Positions 36,068 through 49,922 of a stretch of 64,000 nt of DNA are shown piece after piece (within the stretch, counting starts at the first letter, position 1; each line of letters begins with the position of its first letter). Location: positions 417,260,001 through 417,324,000 of the forward strand of contig JBNRSN020000003.1 in NCBI GenBank assembly GCA_051313645.2, written 5' to 3'. The DNA is from Centroscyllium fabricii. Taxonomy: Eukaryota. The position numbers were made by a program, and so were the translations under genes. Below the pieces are notes generated by a model that ran no database searches, was not told the origin of the DNA, and worked only from the letters and a program-made list of their open reading frames with translations.

Positions 36068-36270
36068 ACTATGCCGTCCATTAGTAGCGAGAGACCGGCT
36101 CTGTGCGCTGGCTGTGGGGGCAAGATCTCAGACCGCTATTACCTGCTGGCGGTGGACAAACAGTGGCACATGCGTTGTCTCAAGTGCTGTGAATGTAAAC
36201 TGGCCCTGGAATCCGAGCTGACCTGCTTCGCTAAGGATGGCAGCATCTATTGCAAAGAGGATTACTACAG
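36068..36270 (+). CDS. lhx2: Lhx2 exon 2 (LIM domain 1)
   Basis: TTTCACAG|ACT ATG CCG; TMPSISSERPALCAGCGGKISDRYYLLAVDKQWHMRCLKCCEC...CKEDYY; donor CAG|GTACC, phase 2. Confidence 0.96.
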
Positions 36271-38669
36271 GTACCGAGACATGTTAAAAAACACAAATCA
36301 AAATGTCAACTGGAAGCGGCAGCAAAACAGAGGGCGACGCCACTGCATGCAGTAAACAAGGCAGAATAGCAGAATTTTACAATAATTAAGTGGAATAGTC
36401 GGGGTTGGACTGATACACCCATAAGTAAAGTTACACGTTACCGCCATTCTTATCTGAACCCATGTGCGCGAATTAAATACTTTTTTTTAACGAGAAGTAC
36501 TTCAGAATAGATACCATATTTGTTAACCTATTGAAACCGAAGCAAAGTGGGAGCATTTCTTTCAGATGACGAAATGGGCTGGAATAATTTATGCAGGGTC
36601 TTTTCTTCAAATGTTTTATGCAATGAGATATCAGGGTTTAAGATGTATTAACAGCAGAGCCTTATTACAATGCTCAGGAGTGTAGCGTCAAAGCAGAGTG
36701 AGAGGATTATCTAGAATCAAAATGACTCCGAATACTTAATACAAGCACCCAATTAAATTGTTTTATGCAAGGCCGAAGTTGCTTGTAACCAGCTACTGGA
36801 GGCACTTAGTACATATATTAAAAAAATCAAAACATTGGCACTTAACATGCCGAAAGTAGAATACAATAGAAACAATACAACGGGGCTAATATTCTAATTA
36901 TGCTTAATTGTGTTCTAATTGTGTTAAATAAAATGTAATGCCAGCAACAATGATTCGTGCAGTTAAATATAATCAAATGAACAGCCTCTAGTAGGGGAAA
37001 AGTCTATTAGAATAACCTGGGAAAACACAGAACACACTCCCAATGCATTGGGACGAAAATGAAAGAAATGTCGGTGTGTTAGCAGGTCGAAAGCAGGAAC
37101 CAAGGTGCGGTTAGCCAGTTTAATTGTATTGGGGCTGCTTTATGGAATTGCATGGACTTGAGGTATTCCTTAACTATTGTCTGAATTTAACATGGGGCGA
37201 ATGCAGAGCGACCTGTGCTGTTTCTGAGCCTGAACGATTCAAGCTGTAACTCTTCCAGCTATTGGTATTGGGTACGAACGGGGTGAGGAAATAAACCCCC
37301 TCTCAACCGGGGGCGGGTCAAACACGGGGGAGTTCGGCACAAGTTGCTATTGCCCATTGCAGCGTTTCAAAATTGTTTTCCGTATCTTTTATTGCAACGC
37401 AATGAAATACTAGATGTTCCCGCATCAATAGCCGAATAGTGGGAAGCCCAGGACCTTTCCAAAGTTGGGGAACACCTAAATCCACGAATGAGAATGTGGA
37501 AAAATGATCACCTAGTTGACAAAATCCACACCCAGTGCGAATTAAGTGAACTCTTACAGTAAGATGATACCAGCAATAAACCTATCTGAAAGATCAGGAC
37601 TATTTCACCGAGATTTCACACGGAACAGCCAAATTGGCCCGTGTGCCATCTCCTGCAGAACACTCTTTTATTTACATGGTTCATTTAAATAGTTAATTTT
37701 TTAATGATGCGGTTTTGCACCGAGCGTAATGTTTTATGCATGATCTTCTCATTAAAGGACCGCGCCACGCAATTTAAAGCAACTCGCCAAATTAAAACGC
37801 CGGTGTTTATTTCAGCATGCATGGTCTTTTACAGCAGAAACAGAATGAGCCAAAGATGTTTGACATGTTTCACGAAACAGAATAAATCCACAGTGCTTAT
37901 ACCTTTTTCTGGGAAATGGAAAGGAATCCCATTTATTGTCAAGTTAAATACAGTGCGTGCAATGAAAGCTAACGACAATAAGGCCATTAAATTATCACAT
38001 TCTTTAGCGTAAAAAGTTAAAGTTGGTGGGATATTGTGAAGAGCTCGGGCATTTTACATATATTAGATTTCTAACTGTTTTGATGAAAAACTAAATATCT
38101 TGCTTCGTTAGTTAACGAAAGTGCATTGAAAAGGTTCACAAGCCGAATCTGTACTTTAAACTAAAAGCTCATTTCGCAGTGGGCCCCACCAAGTGCTGCA
38201 ACGTTGAACTCTAAACAGGAGCACCTCATGATCGAAATAACGACTGATTGTAAACCAACTGAACGTCTTTTTGCGTGGAATTGCGTTGCAATAATAATTC
38301 GATTTTTTAAATAGTAAATGCTGATAAACAGAATGACCCAATCAGACATGTTCTTATTTAGGCGGCACGGTGGAGCTGCTTTGAGCAGTATTGAGCACCG
38401 GCTGTGGCTGTCCCACTTCAGGACAGTCAGAACTTCCACACATCAGGGCGAAATTACAGACGATTGTGTATGATTTTTTTCAATACAAAAAATGACATTT
38501 CAGACAGACAATTAAAAGCAAAGACAGTGAGTGTAGCATTCTGAAGATCGCCTCCACCAGACGGATCACAGTGAATTCTGTTACAAGGTTGTGTAAATCA
38601 CAAGTGGTGAACTCCACACCACCGCTGATAGTAACAGCATCTTTAGCGAGCAATACACGATTCTGTGAC

Positions 38670-38858
38670 GATAGCAAAATACCGCAGACGCTGGAAATCC
38701 GAAATAACAACAGACAATGCTGGGAACACTCAGCAGGCCAGACAGCATCGGTGGAGAGAGAAACAGAGTTAACGTTTTGGGTCGACTCGATATTTCTTTC
38801 CACGGATGTTGCCTGGCCTGCTAAGTTTTTCCAGCATTGTCTGTTGTTATTTCGGATC
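38670..38858. mobile_element. Penelope-like family A inverted pair, ribozyme core deleted
   Basis: The arms are reverse-complementary and join at GTTAACGTTTTGGGTCGACTC. Confidence 0.6.
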
Positions 38859-39085
38859 CTGTTCGTGTTGGGCTTTGCTGGGTGGAAACCTGGGGTGATG
38901 GGGTTGCTCTGTTGTTGTGTACAGCGACATCCTGTATTCAAAAATAACCTATTTATGATATTGTTATACACGGCGACAGAACATTCATAGCGACCCTAAA
39001 AGCATTTAAGACTAACCGACTCGACAAAAGGTACCAGCATGTTTTAACGGGAATGTTTGTCACCTTTCCCCCCTCCCCCCCGCAG

Positions 39086-39444
39086 GAGATTCTCCGTGCA
39101 GCGGTGCGCCAGATGTCACCTCGGGATCTCGGCATCAGAAATGGTGATGAGAGCAAGAGACTTGGTCTATCACTTGAACTGTTTCACATGCACAACTTGC
39201 AACAAAATGCTGGCGACCGGGGATCACTTTGGCATGAAGGACAGCCTGGTATACTGCAGGATTCACTTCGAGACTCTGATTCAGGGAGAGTTCCAGGCTC
39301 ACTTCAATCACACGGACGTGGGCGCCAAGAGTGGCGCCGCCATGGGGCTGCCATTCTATAATGGCATGGGCACTGTGCAGAAAGGACGACCCCGCAAGAG
39401 GAAGAGCCCAGCACCCGGGGCCGATCTGGCAGCTTACAACGCAG
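39086..39444 (+). CDS. lhx2: Lhx2 exon 3 (LIM domain 2 and linker)
   Basis: CGCAG|G AGA TTC; RFSVQRCARCHLGISASEMVMRARDLVYHLNCFTCTTCNKML...KGRPRKRKSPAPGADLAAYNA (Lhx2-type residues); donor G|GTAGG, phase 1. Confidence 0.96.
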
Positions 39445-39499
39445 GTAGGACTTTCTAAACTTCCACCACGCACAACTAGCACGCTAGCATGTGATTGCT

Positions 39500-39992
39500 T
39501 TGGAGAGGGTGCAGATGAGATTCACCAGGATGTTACCTGGGCTGGAGCGCTTCAGCTATGAAGAAAGACTGGACAGGCTGGGGTTGTTTTCCTTCGAGCA
39601 GTGAAGGCTGAGGGGGAACCTGATTGAGGTGTACAAAATTATGAGGGGCATAGATAGGGTAGATAGAAAGGAACTTTTTCCCTTAGTAGAGGGGTCAATA
39701 ACAAGGGGGCATAGTTTCAAGGTAAGGGGCAGGAGGTTTAGAGGGGATTTGAGGAGGAACTTTTCCACCCAGAGGATGGTTGGAGTCTGGAACTCATTGC
39801 CTGAAAGGGTGGTCGAGGCAGGAACACTCACAACATTCAAGAAGCATTTAGATGAGCACTTGAAACGCTATAGCATACAAGGCTATGGACCAAATGCTGG
39901 AAAATGGGATTAGAATAGACAGGGCTTGATGGCTGGCGCAGACACGATGGGCTGAAGGGCCTCTTTCTGTGCTGTATAACTCGATGACTCTA
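39500..39992 (+). mobile_element. CR1-clade LINE 3' fragment
   Basis: YKIMRGIDRVDRKELFP..TRGHSFK..QRMVGVWNSLPERVVEA..FKKHLD plus a 3' UTR. Starts about 55 bp after the exon 3 donor. Confidence 0.9.
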
Positions 39993-42900
39993 AAGGATGG
40001 GCTGGTGGTAGTGGCTGCTGATGATGGGACGAGTTGGTGTTTGTGCTGATGCGGGGTCTCATTTTTTGGCCTGCCGAGTAACAAAACAAAAATATCACTT
40101 TTACAACTATGAAGCGAACACCCTGGAGATTGAACCTTTTTTTTTGAAGAATATCATACAGTGACACCCACTTTGGCGGGGACACTATTACTTTCATTCG
40201 CCAACACGTTGTTGTAACTGGGATGTAGCCACTAATAAAAAAAAACAGTGGTTAATAACCGAGTCACTAACTCCTGTGTTTGGACCGACGGTTCGTGGCT
40301 TAGAATCAATGACAAATGTAAGTGGAGAATGCCATTGTCAGAGCCAGTGTTCCGATTCCAACAACAGGGTCACCGTCTCTTTGCCATCTGGAACCCGCTG
40401 GCGTCGACCCAAAGAAGCTTTGGGACAGAAATCCCACTTGCGGTTTTGTTTTCTCTCTCTGTGTTAGATGTTCTACCCTCCAACTTCCAGCAGCATCTTT
40501 TCACGTCTTGTTTACTGAGCTTTTTATCCACGTCATTATTCCTAAAGAGACACTTTTCCAGTTTAGGCTGGAAGTCTGATGTTATGCTTTGAGAAGTCTT
40601 CCAGCGGGCCAAGAGCGCTTTGGGAATGCAGGTTGTTTGTGTCACAGTGAAAGAGACACTCAACTTCAGAAACTGCGTCCAAAACAAAACGGGGGCGAAC
40701 TTACTTGTAAAGGAGTCGGTTGGTTTGGAAGTATTGCTGTGTGGGAATGATGGTGAGCCGATTGCAGTGCCTCATCTTCTTACTGTCCCCTTCAGTCTCT
40801 TTCAGACTGAGAAGAAACTGTTGGAAAAGGCGGATATGAATTGTTGATTTTAATGACTGGGTTTCACACACGATATTGACATTTAAACAGCAGTCGAGGT
40901 CGTTTCCTTTTGGAGGGGGCGCATTGCACTGAGTTGAATTTGATTGATTTCTAATCAGTAATACCGGCCCAGCTCGCTGCGTGCGGAAAGTTAGAGAGTA
41001 TCTTTTCATTCAGTGGTGAACTGGGCGGCTGGGAACATTTCTGAGGAGGTCTGAAATGTAAACATGATTTCGTTACCCCGCCCCCCACCCCAACACAACA
41101 TTGATTATTTTAACACGAATGGCAGAAACCTTTGAAAATGTTGCATCTAGAAAATCCCTCGGCTTCTCTCTCCTGCTCACTTTGTGTTATTTTGATTCTC
41201 AGACTCTCAATTGTGTCAGGAAGAGCATTAGAAAAGTTGGTTGGAGATATGGCGCGATGTTACGAACTAGAAAAGAGGGGGGGGGGGGGGGGTTGGTACA
41301 CAAAAAAAGAAAGTGCGTCTCCAAAATGAAAGGGAATTCGGATCCGACCGGAATGGTTGATGTGTTTGGTTTAGTGACACTTCTCGTAGATTGAGGCGGT
41401 TTACCCTTGTGTTTTTTGGGGTAAAAAAGACAAAGATGTGGGCGGCGCGGGTGTATCTTTATTTCGGGCCGCCTGTATGTCTTAAATCCTGGGAACTAGT
41501 GGTGAACAGGACGGGCAAACAGAAAAGGCTGACCTTATGATTGACTCTTTTTAGGAGCTTTACAATGGGAACACTTCCTACTCCCCCTCTCATATTCTCT
41601 CCCCCGATAATTAAATGTTCTAGAAACACACAGTGCTGCTTATAAACTTAAAAAAATGTGGGTTGCCGCCAGTAAATCCTGAAGTATTTTATTCATATTT
41701 TGTATTAGGTTCCAAAAATGACCTGATTGGAGTATTTGTAGTTCAGTTTTCTTTTAGTGGTATTATGAATTGTAATATCTACAGGTCTTGTATATTTCTG
41801 GAGTTTACAGTAATTAGTGTTAAATTATACGTAGCAAATGCCTTTAAATGCAAAGTTTGAAGCCTTACACTCATTGGAAACGAAACAAATAGCGTGTACT
41901 TTCCCCCCGGACATAATAATAAGTGCATCCTCATTATAATATGGACAGAATGCGGCCCAATGTAATGGCAATCCCATGCAATGATTGCATCAGAACCGTT
42001 CATTGCTCTAAACGGCACCAATTCCCCTTCAAAGACTCGAGGAGTTTACTTGAGACTTTTTCCACATTAAGCTTTAGTCTTCAGAGGGTTGCGGCGGAGG
42101 GGCTGGGGGCTGGTGGGGAGTCTGGCAGGCCTTGGCAGATTTTAGACGAAGATGGAGGCTGACAAGTGGAAAACAGCTCAGATGGACGCCGGAACTTCAA
42201 ACGCCTCCTTGGCCAAGGTTCTTCTTTTATACTTACATTTTTGTGCCCATCAGTGGGTGGGGTGGGGAGGGGGGGGGGGGAGGATTGCAATTTTCTGACG
42301 GCTTTCCGGGAGGCCTACAGTGTTGGTGGGTCAGCAAAGCAATGGGTGAAACCTTGTGGAACAAGCTTTTAACTCAGAACTGAACACCTGTACAAAACGG
42401 CAAATCCCTCGGCGGATTCCCAGCAAATAAAAAAGAAGCCGAATTGCTAAAGGGCATCAGATTGGCTGGAACTCCATTGCAATGTCTGAAGATCATCTCT
42501 GATAAGATCTCTTTTATCTTTATGGTAGCGTCGCCACAACGTCACCCCCCCCCCCCCCCTCAGCAAATCCTTAAGATTTGAAGGAGTTGTAATTAATGTA
42601 TTCAAAATTCCATAACCAATTATTTATCAAATCATTATTTTGTGGGGAGTATGCAAGACCCACTAAAAGCTGACACGATCACTGCACATTTAAACACTTT
42701 CAAGAGTAACCATTGGGGAAAGATTAGTGTTACAGAGAACACAGATGCATTCATTTCATGAACTATTAAAAAATCAACATAGTTGATAATCATTTTTCTA
42801 ATAGTCTGTAAGTTGCGAAAATCATTAATAGTCATTTGCATGTACATGGTACAGATATTCATATTTCCCGCACTCACCAGCCAGACACAAATTATTTTGC

Positions 42901-45333
42901 AGTAAATGAACTAAACATGTAGCATACCTTGCAGTCACTATCTGTAATCACCGCCTTCCCCAAATTACTGCATGTCATTATCAGCTCCCGAAATCCTCCA
43001 CCCCCCCAGTTTAAAAAGACTCCTGTTTCTGCTACACACATTTGTAGACCCGCTTTTCGTTTGGATATTGGTTTGCTAAACATGCCATTTAAAATTAGCT
43101 TCGTGGTTCTGGCTAATCCTTCACTAAATACCATTTTGTATAATGCTTAAATATCCTTCCATATTTTAAAACCTTTTTTTTTTAACTAAACGTCTTTCCT
43201 GACAATAAGGTGCAAAGCAGCGGTTTTCTATCAATTTGCCAATATATTCATGCTTAACTCATTACCGAATCCACTTCTTCCCAGTAACAGGCTTCAATTA
43301 TGATAATTAAAGCCTATTGCCTAATAATTACATATTTCCATCACTAAACACCTTGTTGGTACACACATAACAATTCTGCAAGAGAAAAACCACCAGTTGG
43401 TTGATTTAATATCGGGAGAGCTGCACTTCCAGCAAAGGTTTCGGACAGATAATGAAGAACAAGGTTGATTAAGATGATTTTCTCACCAGTTGTATTTAAT
43501 ATTTAACAGATAGATGGGATTTTTTGGGGGGCTTGACAGAAAACATTAAATGTGTGAGTATTCTTTTAGTGACTCCAATGAAATAGACGGAAACGTTTCA
43601 AGAACAGTTGCACTTGATGACATTAGTATTAGATTGCACAGGCGTTTCAAGCCCTTCCTTGTACAATGTTCGGGTTTCTCTCGTTACTTTTTGGCGGTGA
43701 TTTATTTACATCTATTCCCCAATGCCCCAGTACAGAGCTAACTCTGGGTAGTTGATTTTAATTGAAGGAAACTGACCTGAAGTGGAGGAACAGATCTTGG
43801 GAAAAGGGAAAAGTGCACCTCTCAGGGACCTGCCCCCGCCCCCCCCCCCCCCCCCCACAAGTCTGTTAAATATTTATCCACATCAAGCTCGCCCTTGCTG
43901 TTACAGAATTTGGTTACGTGTTTCCTTGCTTTAATAATCCAGTTAATTTATCCCCAATTTTTAATCTGTCGGATTTACATTTCTGTTTGCCATTGCACTG
44001 ATTCGATGTTAATAATGAACGAATTTCACCCCAAATCTGCGTTCTCTTCAATATGCGATCATGTCGGGCTCGGAAAGTCTAAAGCCTGTGACATAACCAT
44101 CGCTTGAGAACTGTTCTCACATTGCGGCGCCAAATTGAATCAACTTCATTGCCAAGTGCATTAAATGTAAATGTACAAGGAAGTTAATCTGGTGATGATG
44201 CTGTCCACTTACAGAATACGTAAAATCCACAAAAAGAAAAACAAGATACACCAAATACACAATTTCACACAATTACCAGATATAATATCGGGAACAGAGT
44301 CTGTGGGGGGGGGGGGGGGGGGGTAATTGCAAATATACAAATCAATGCAAAAACGCGTTTCCAGCAGAAAGCTACATTTCCAAGAATATAACTGGCATTT
44401 GCAGCGTTTAGCTTTAATGTAACAGAGCGGGCGACACCCGGGAGGTGACCAAGTTTAGCAATGACAGGTTGCAGCATTCTTGCCAGTTGCTCTGAAAGAA
44501 ATGCAACGGCAATAAAAGGGTTAAACAGAATGTTGTTTCGTCTGCAGCACTGAATCTAATAAATGTCCTGGTAGTTTCCATAATTCGGGGGTGGGGGGAT
44601 GTCATTGTATATTGGCTGTCGGTGTGATGTCGTGAATAATACAGAAGTGGATTAGTGTAAGCAGATTCGCATAATTCAGCATTGTTGGTCGAGTTCGGGA
44701 GCTCTTAACCCTTTTGAACTTTTCTAATTGAAAGGAAACCCCCAGATCACAGCGGTCCAAACACCTCCACTTGCTTTTTAACAGCAGGCTGTAAATTGCA
44801 AGATCATTATGTGCTGAACCGTGGTTAATTTTTAAATGCTCGATCGATAATTGAACAGCAACTAGTTTTATGCGGAGGCACATCAAATGCAGAGCCGTTT
44901 CCCAAAGCGGGGGCCGCGAGAATCTGATTCACTGTAGACAGGGACTTTAATAATTGTGTTTTTTTTAATGTATTTTGCCGATATCTGACAATTGCTACAG
45001 AGATCTTTAATTCTTTTCTTCATGAATGTTTCTGATGGAAAGTTAGTTAAAGCAGGGCAGGAATCTGAAAGCGGCCACCGACTCTGGATCACTGTCTCCC
45101 CCTTGAGGCTTTTCTGGCACTGCGGCTGCTAGCCTTGCCTGACAGTCAGTGAGTTGCTCAGGCACCAGACTGCCATTCAGCAACAAAAGTACAATTTTCA
45201 AAATTTGGTTCCGTTTCTCTTTTTTCCAACCCCCAAAACCCTACTTTTCAGCCTTAAGAATTAAGATTTGATCAGTCCGAAGAAAGCTGTTTGCACTTGT
45301 AGTCCCTGATTTAAAAAGACCGGTGAAGTTGCT

Positions 45334-45607
45334 AGAAACATAGAAACATAGAAGATAGGAACAGGCCATTCGGCCCCTTGAGCCTGCTCCACCATTTAAT
45401 GAGATCATGGCTGATCATCCAAATTCAGTACCCTGTCCCTGCTTTCTCCCCATACCCCTTGATCCCTTTAGCCTTAAGAAGTATATCCAACTCCTTCTTG
45501 AATATATTTAATGAATTGGCCTCTACTGCCTTCTGTGGTAGAGAATTCCACAGGTTCACCACTCTCTGGGTGAATAAATTCCTCCTCATCTCTGTCCTAA
45601 ATGGCTT
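45334..45607 (-). mobile_element. CR1-clade LINE 3' fragment
   Basis: FTQRVVNLWNSLPQKAVEA..FKKELD and a (TTTCTATG)n tail. Same family as 53050-54204. Confidence 0.88.
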
Positions 45608-47092
45608 ACTATTATATTTCATTAGTTGTTCTACAATTAAATTAGGGTAATTATGAACGAGCTTCAGAACTGTGCCATATTATGTCTTCTCAAGTACAAC
45701 GCAGCCCATCCTTGGGGCATGTTTGTAAGAAGTTTCTAATCAATGCTCTGTGTCACGGCCTGATCAGTTATGTTATCAGGTTCATATTATAATCTGGAAT
45801 TGCAACATGAAAAAATTAATGCAACAGCAAAAATATAAATTGTGAAAGAAAATGCTGCTGCTGTCCACTTTCCTTCCCTGGGAGTTTCTATCAGAGCAGA
45901 TTGTTTGTAGCTGTGCTTTGAACTAGACCTGCCTGAAAATTTCTCAGTGTATAGTGGCATAACTTCTATCAAAAAAGACTTTTTGAATACTGGTAAATAC
46001 ATATAAAAAGGAACACCTCATTTTGTGGCTTTATGAATAGCTGTAAGCAGTAATATCAGATGCCAGAACATTTTAAGTTTTTGACCATTTTGACATTTTT
46101 CAGAACACAGCTCTCTTACATTAGCTAACCTATAAAAATATAATTTAAGAAAAAAGTTGCTGAACATTGTGAGAAGTATGAAAACAATTGATTACAGTGA
46201 TCATTTAATTTCTGAAATAATGTAATGCTACTAATACATTTCATTAGTTGTTCTACAATTAAAAGTAGGGTAATTATACCATGAATAGCAAATAAAAGTG
46301 CATCACTTCTCCTTTAGAACTGTTTGCCCTCATAAACGATCTTCAGAACTGTGCCATATTATGTCTTCTCAAGTATAACGCAGCCCATCCTTGGGGCATG
46401 TTGGTGTCTCCTTGCTTTGTCCAATGACATAATGTTTTTGAATCATGTCATTGCACATGACGCAGAAATGAAGCCAGCAAATATGAATTACGTAAATGTA
46501 CGCCATTTTTGAGTCACAGTCATTTTCTTAAAACTGCGGTGCCCCAGGTTGACAAAATAACACTAGGCATTGAAACAGCAGTGAACATTCCTACTGAGTG
46601 GCATGGTGCAGGTTTGAGCTCCCACTTGCCTGAGTTCCTGATCCCAGTGGTACTGCATGAGGACATTAAATTGGAAGCAGTGTCACCATGGCTATCACAT
46701 GACCACTGGAGCAAGCCTGGTGGTGGCAGCCTGCAGGCAGGTGGTCCATCTTAGCTGTAGGGGCACATTGCCTGGAGGTGAACATGCCAGAGGAGAACAT
46801 GGATAAAAGAGTATTCACCAGAGGGTAATATACTCTCAAAAACAGCCACAGTAATTACAGTACTATTCTTTTCCATGTCATACCTTGGAATTAGGAATCT
46901 GACCAATCACAAATGTTGTTACCAGTGCTTTCTGCTATAAAGAAATTCACAATATTGTAATAGAGGTCAGTTTCAGAAAAGCCTGTCTTGTGCATTCCTT
47001 TCATTGATCATAATTTCTTGCCTCTGGCTCTGATTGTCAGGAACATGAGGGTGAAGAGTGGATATCGGTGTTATGACTAAAAAACCATGACT

Positions 47093-47410
47093 TCATAGAA
47101 TCATAGAATCCCTACAGTACAGATAGAGGCCATTTCGGCCCATCGAGCCTGCACCAACACACATCCCACCCTATCCCCGTAACCCCCACATATTTAATCC
47201 CCCTAACACTAAGGGTCAATTTATCCTGGCCAATCAACCTAACCCGCACATCTTTGGACCGTGGGAGGAAACCGGAGCACCCGGAGGAAACCCACGCAGA
47301 CACGGGGAGAATGTGCAAACTCCACACAGATAGTACCCGAGGCCGGATTTGAACCCGGGTCTCCAGTGCTGTGAGGCAACAGTGATAACCACTATGCCAC
47401 CGTGCTGCCC
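47093..47410 (-). mobile_element. V-SINE (HE1-like), short-tail subtype
   Basis: tRNA head, V-domain and (ATTCTATG)n tail on the minus strand. Confidence 0.9.
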
Positions 47411-47759
47411 TTGCTGAAACTAAATGCCTCGCAGAAACCTAATAGGAAGGACATTTTTCAATAGGGCTGCTTTCCTCAGTTCCTAATGATGCACTGGGGG
47501 GGCGGGGGGTGGGGGGGGGGGGGGGCGGGGGGAAAGTATGAAGACTAAGCAACTTTAAGAAATGCTCTTCTTTCAGTTGTAAAGTATTTACAGTCAGAAA
47601 AATCTGCACTGATTTCAGAGTAAAACTGAACTTGCAAAATGGGAAGGAATCACTGAACCTACTAGCGTTTAATGATATATTTTTATTGTCAAGTTCTATT
47701 CATTTTAAATAATAAACTACATAAACTTTAGGAGCAATTTGTACCGGAGCACAAATTTA

Positions 47760-48010
47760 CATCGAAATTACAACACGGAAACAGGCTGCTTGGTCAACTA
47801 GTCCTCCAAACGCCCAGTAGTCCTAATTACATGTGTCCACCTTGTTCCCATATTCTTTTCCTACCTAACCTATTCTTGAATGTTGACATGGTCTCTGATT
47901 CAGTCACTAACTGTAGTCGTGCATTCCACAGCCTCACACCCCTCTGTGCAGAAAAGTTCTCCTCATCTCTGTCCTAAATCTCTTACATTTAACCTAATCT
48001 CCTCTGTTCT
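47760..48010 (-). mobile_element. Old degenerate CR1-like 3' fragment
   Basis: GCATTCCACAGCCTCACACCCTCTGTGCAGAAAAGTTCTCCTCATCTCTGTCCTAAAT resembles 45545-45602. Confidence 0.5.
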
Positions 48011-49922
48011 CATGTTATTTTACAACATTGGACAAGTATTTAGCCTCTTGAACAATTAACTCCCTACCTTGCATCATCCCCATCTCTGTAATTTTTTTAA
48101 TGATACACTACCACCCACTTTGGAAATAGCGTGGATTTTAATCAATGGGATTTTAATAATTTTGCATGGGAATTGAAAGAAGGCTTTGAGACAGTGGATA
48201 AAAATGTTGCATAGTGGGCTTTAATTTGGAAATTTGTGAAATGGTTAAAGCAGAACAATGTTTCCTAAAGTATTTCGCTGTCTGCACAGGATTAGATGGC
48301 ATTCAAATTCTGCTGGAAAGGAAGGCTGCTTGGAGGCTGCAGTTTGACGGTCTAAGGTGTCAAAAATCTATATCTCTGAGAGCTAAAAGATTACAGATAG
48401 GAGCCTTTACTGGACATCTTAGACCAAAAGACATAGGGTACGAGAGCTGAAATCCATCAAGGGTGCCAGATTACTAAGATTTATTTTTGAAGTATTAATA
48501 AGTGTTTTCTTTTAACACAAATGTCCAGATATTAAATATGGCAACATACATGTAAAACAAATACCTTGTATTCATTGCAGAGGTTTACTGTTAACACAGC
48601 AGAAAGTTATAACATTATGGCATTTCTATTAACAATTGGTGATATTAAAATAAGAAAACAAACACGTTTCAGCAAAATGGGTTCAGTAACTAAAGATACA
48701 ACTCTAAGTTGGGCACAGCGCTTTGCTGTTTCATGGCGCTGTATGGCAGTGATGGTAAGTGGTACCTTTCTAATCTCAGGTATGACATCGGGAGGAGATG
48801 TGAATAGAGACACTACTGCAGGGAGGGGGGAAGCGTAGGGGAAACGGAATGGCTAGTCATCGTCGGGTGCTCCCTTGTACCAGAGGGACATTGGTAAAAT
48901 CTTGGGAGCAGATGGTCTGCCCACTCTCTTAGCTGGGGGGCAATGGCGCTGGGAATCTTAAAAAAACCCTATTTTTATGAATAGTAATTTTCATTCCCAC
49001 TTTCTGATATTTATTGTGTCACTGTTACCTGTTTGTCTGGCTCAAGTTCCTTAAGCGCTGGTTACAGCAAAATATTGTTGACTTTTGTGTTTAAAAAAAG
49101 TTCCCGATTTTATCACAATTTATTAGCAATATTAAAAAACATTTCTGTATTTCTGTGACATTTCAGTTGGCAGGCCTTCAGTTCAGCTAAATTCAATCAG
49201 ACAGATTTTCTCTCTGTACTCATTGCAGTCATTCTTTAGAAAGTAATGCTGAAAAATGTCATCAATTTAAGTTTTGACATCTGGAAACTGTAGCAAGTGG
49301 GCTTATGAATATTATAATTATAATTTAAAGGAACATTTTGATTCATAGTTTATGAATTTTTATTTATGAAATATCATTTGTTTACATTTGCACCATTTGT
49401 AATAGAGTAAAGGGAAAGAACATAAAATCTTGTGTTCTCATTTGTCTCGCTTCCCCGTGCACTCGCTGAGGTTTTTTAACATTTGAGATGCAGATTAGTG
49501 AAAGCTTTCAACGTCAAAATGTCAACCGCCATTTTGGAATCGGCAAAAATGTTAGCAGTTGAACAAGAAATAATCAAAATTGATAGAAATATTGTCAAGT
49601 GATGGAGGCTTTGTTGTTGTTGTTGTTTTCACATCTTCGCACTCCTCCCTTGGAGAACAACGTGAAGTGGTGGAAGGACCTGCAGGCTGTTTAACAGCCT
49701 GACAGGCCGTGACATGGATGTTCCGTCCATGTCTGTAATTTTATACCAGCCAATGGGGTGGTTAGTCCCATACGGAAGGAGGGTTTTATGGGCTCCCACA
49801 ACCCATAGGATGGGGTAGGGGCGACCCACACCCACCGGACGTGTTTCCCACTGGATGTCAGCCCAGCATTCGGAGCCAGAGCTCTGGTTTCCCCAGGACT
49901 GTCGGGTGTGGGAAATAACACC

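Noticed and set aside
49611-49920. Possible additional retroelement fragment next to a (TTG)n run
   Set aside because: Single copy in the window with no recognisable ORF or termini; cannot be classified without a library search.
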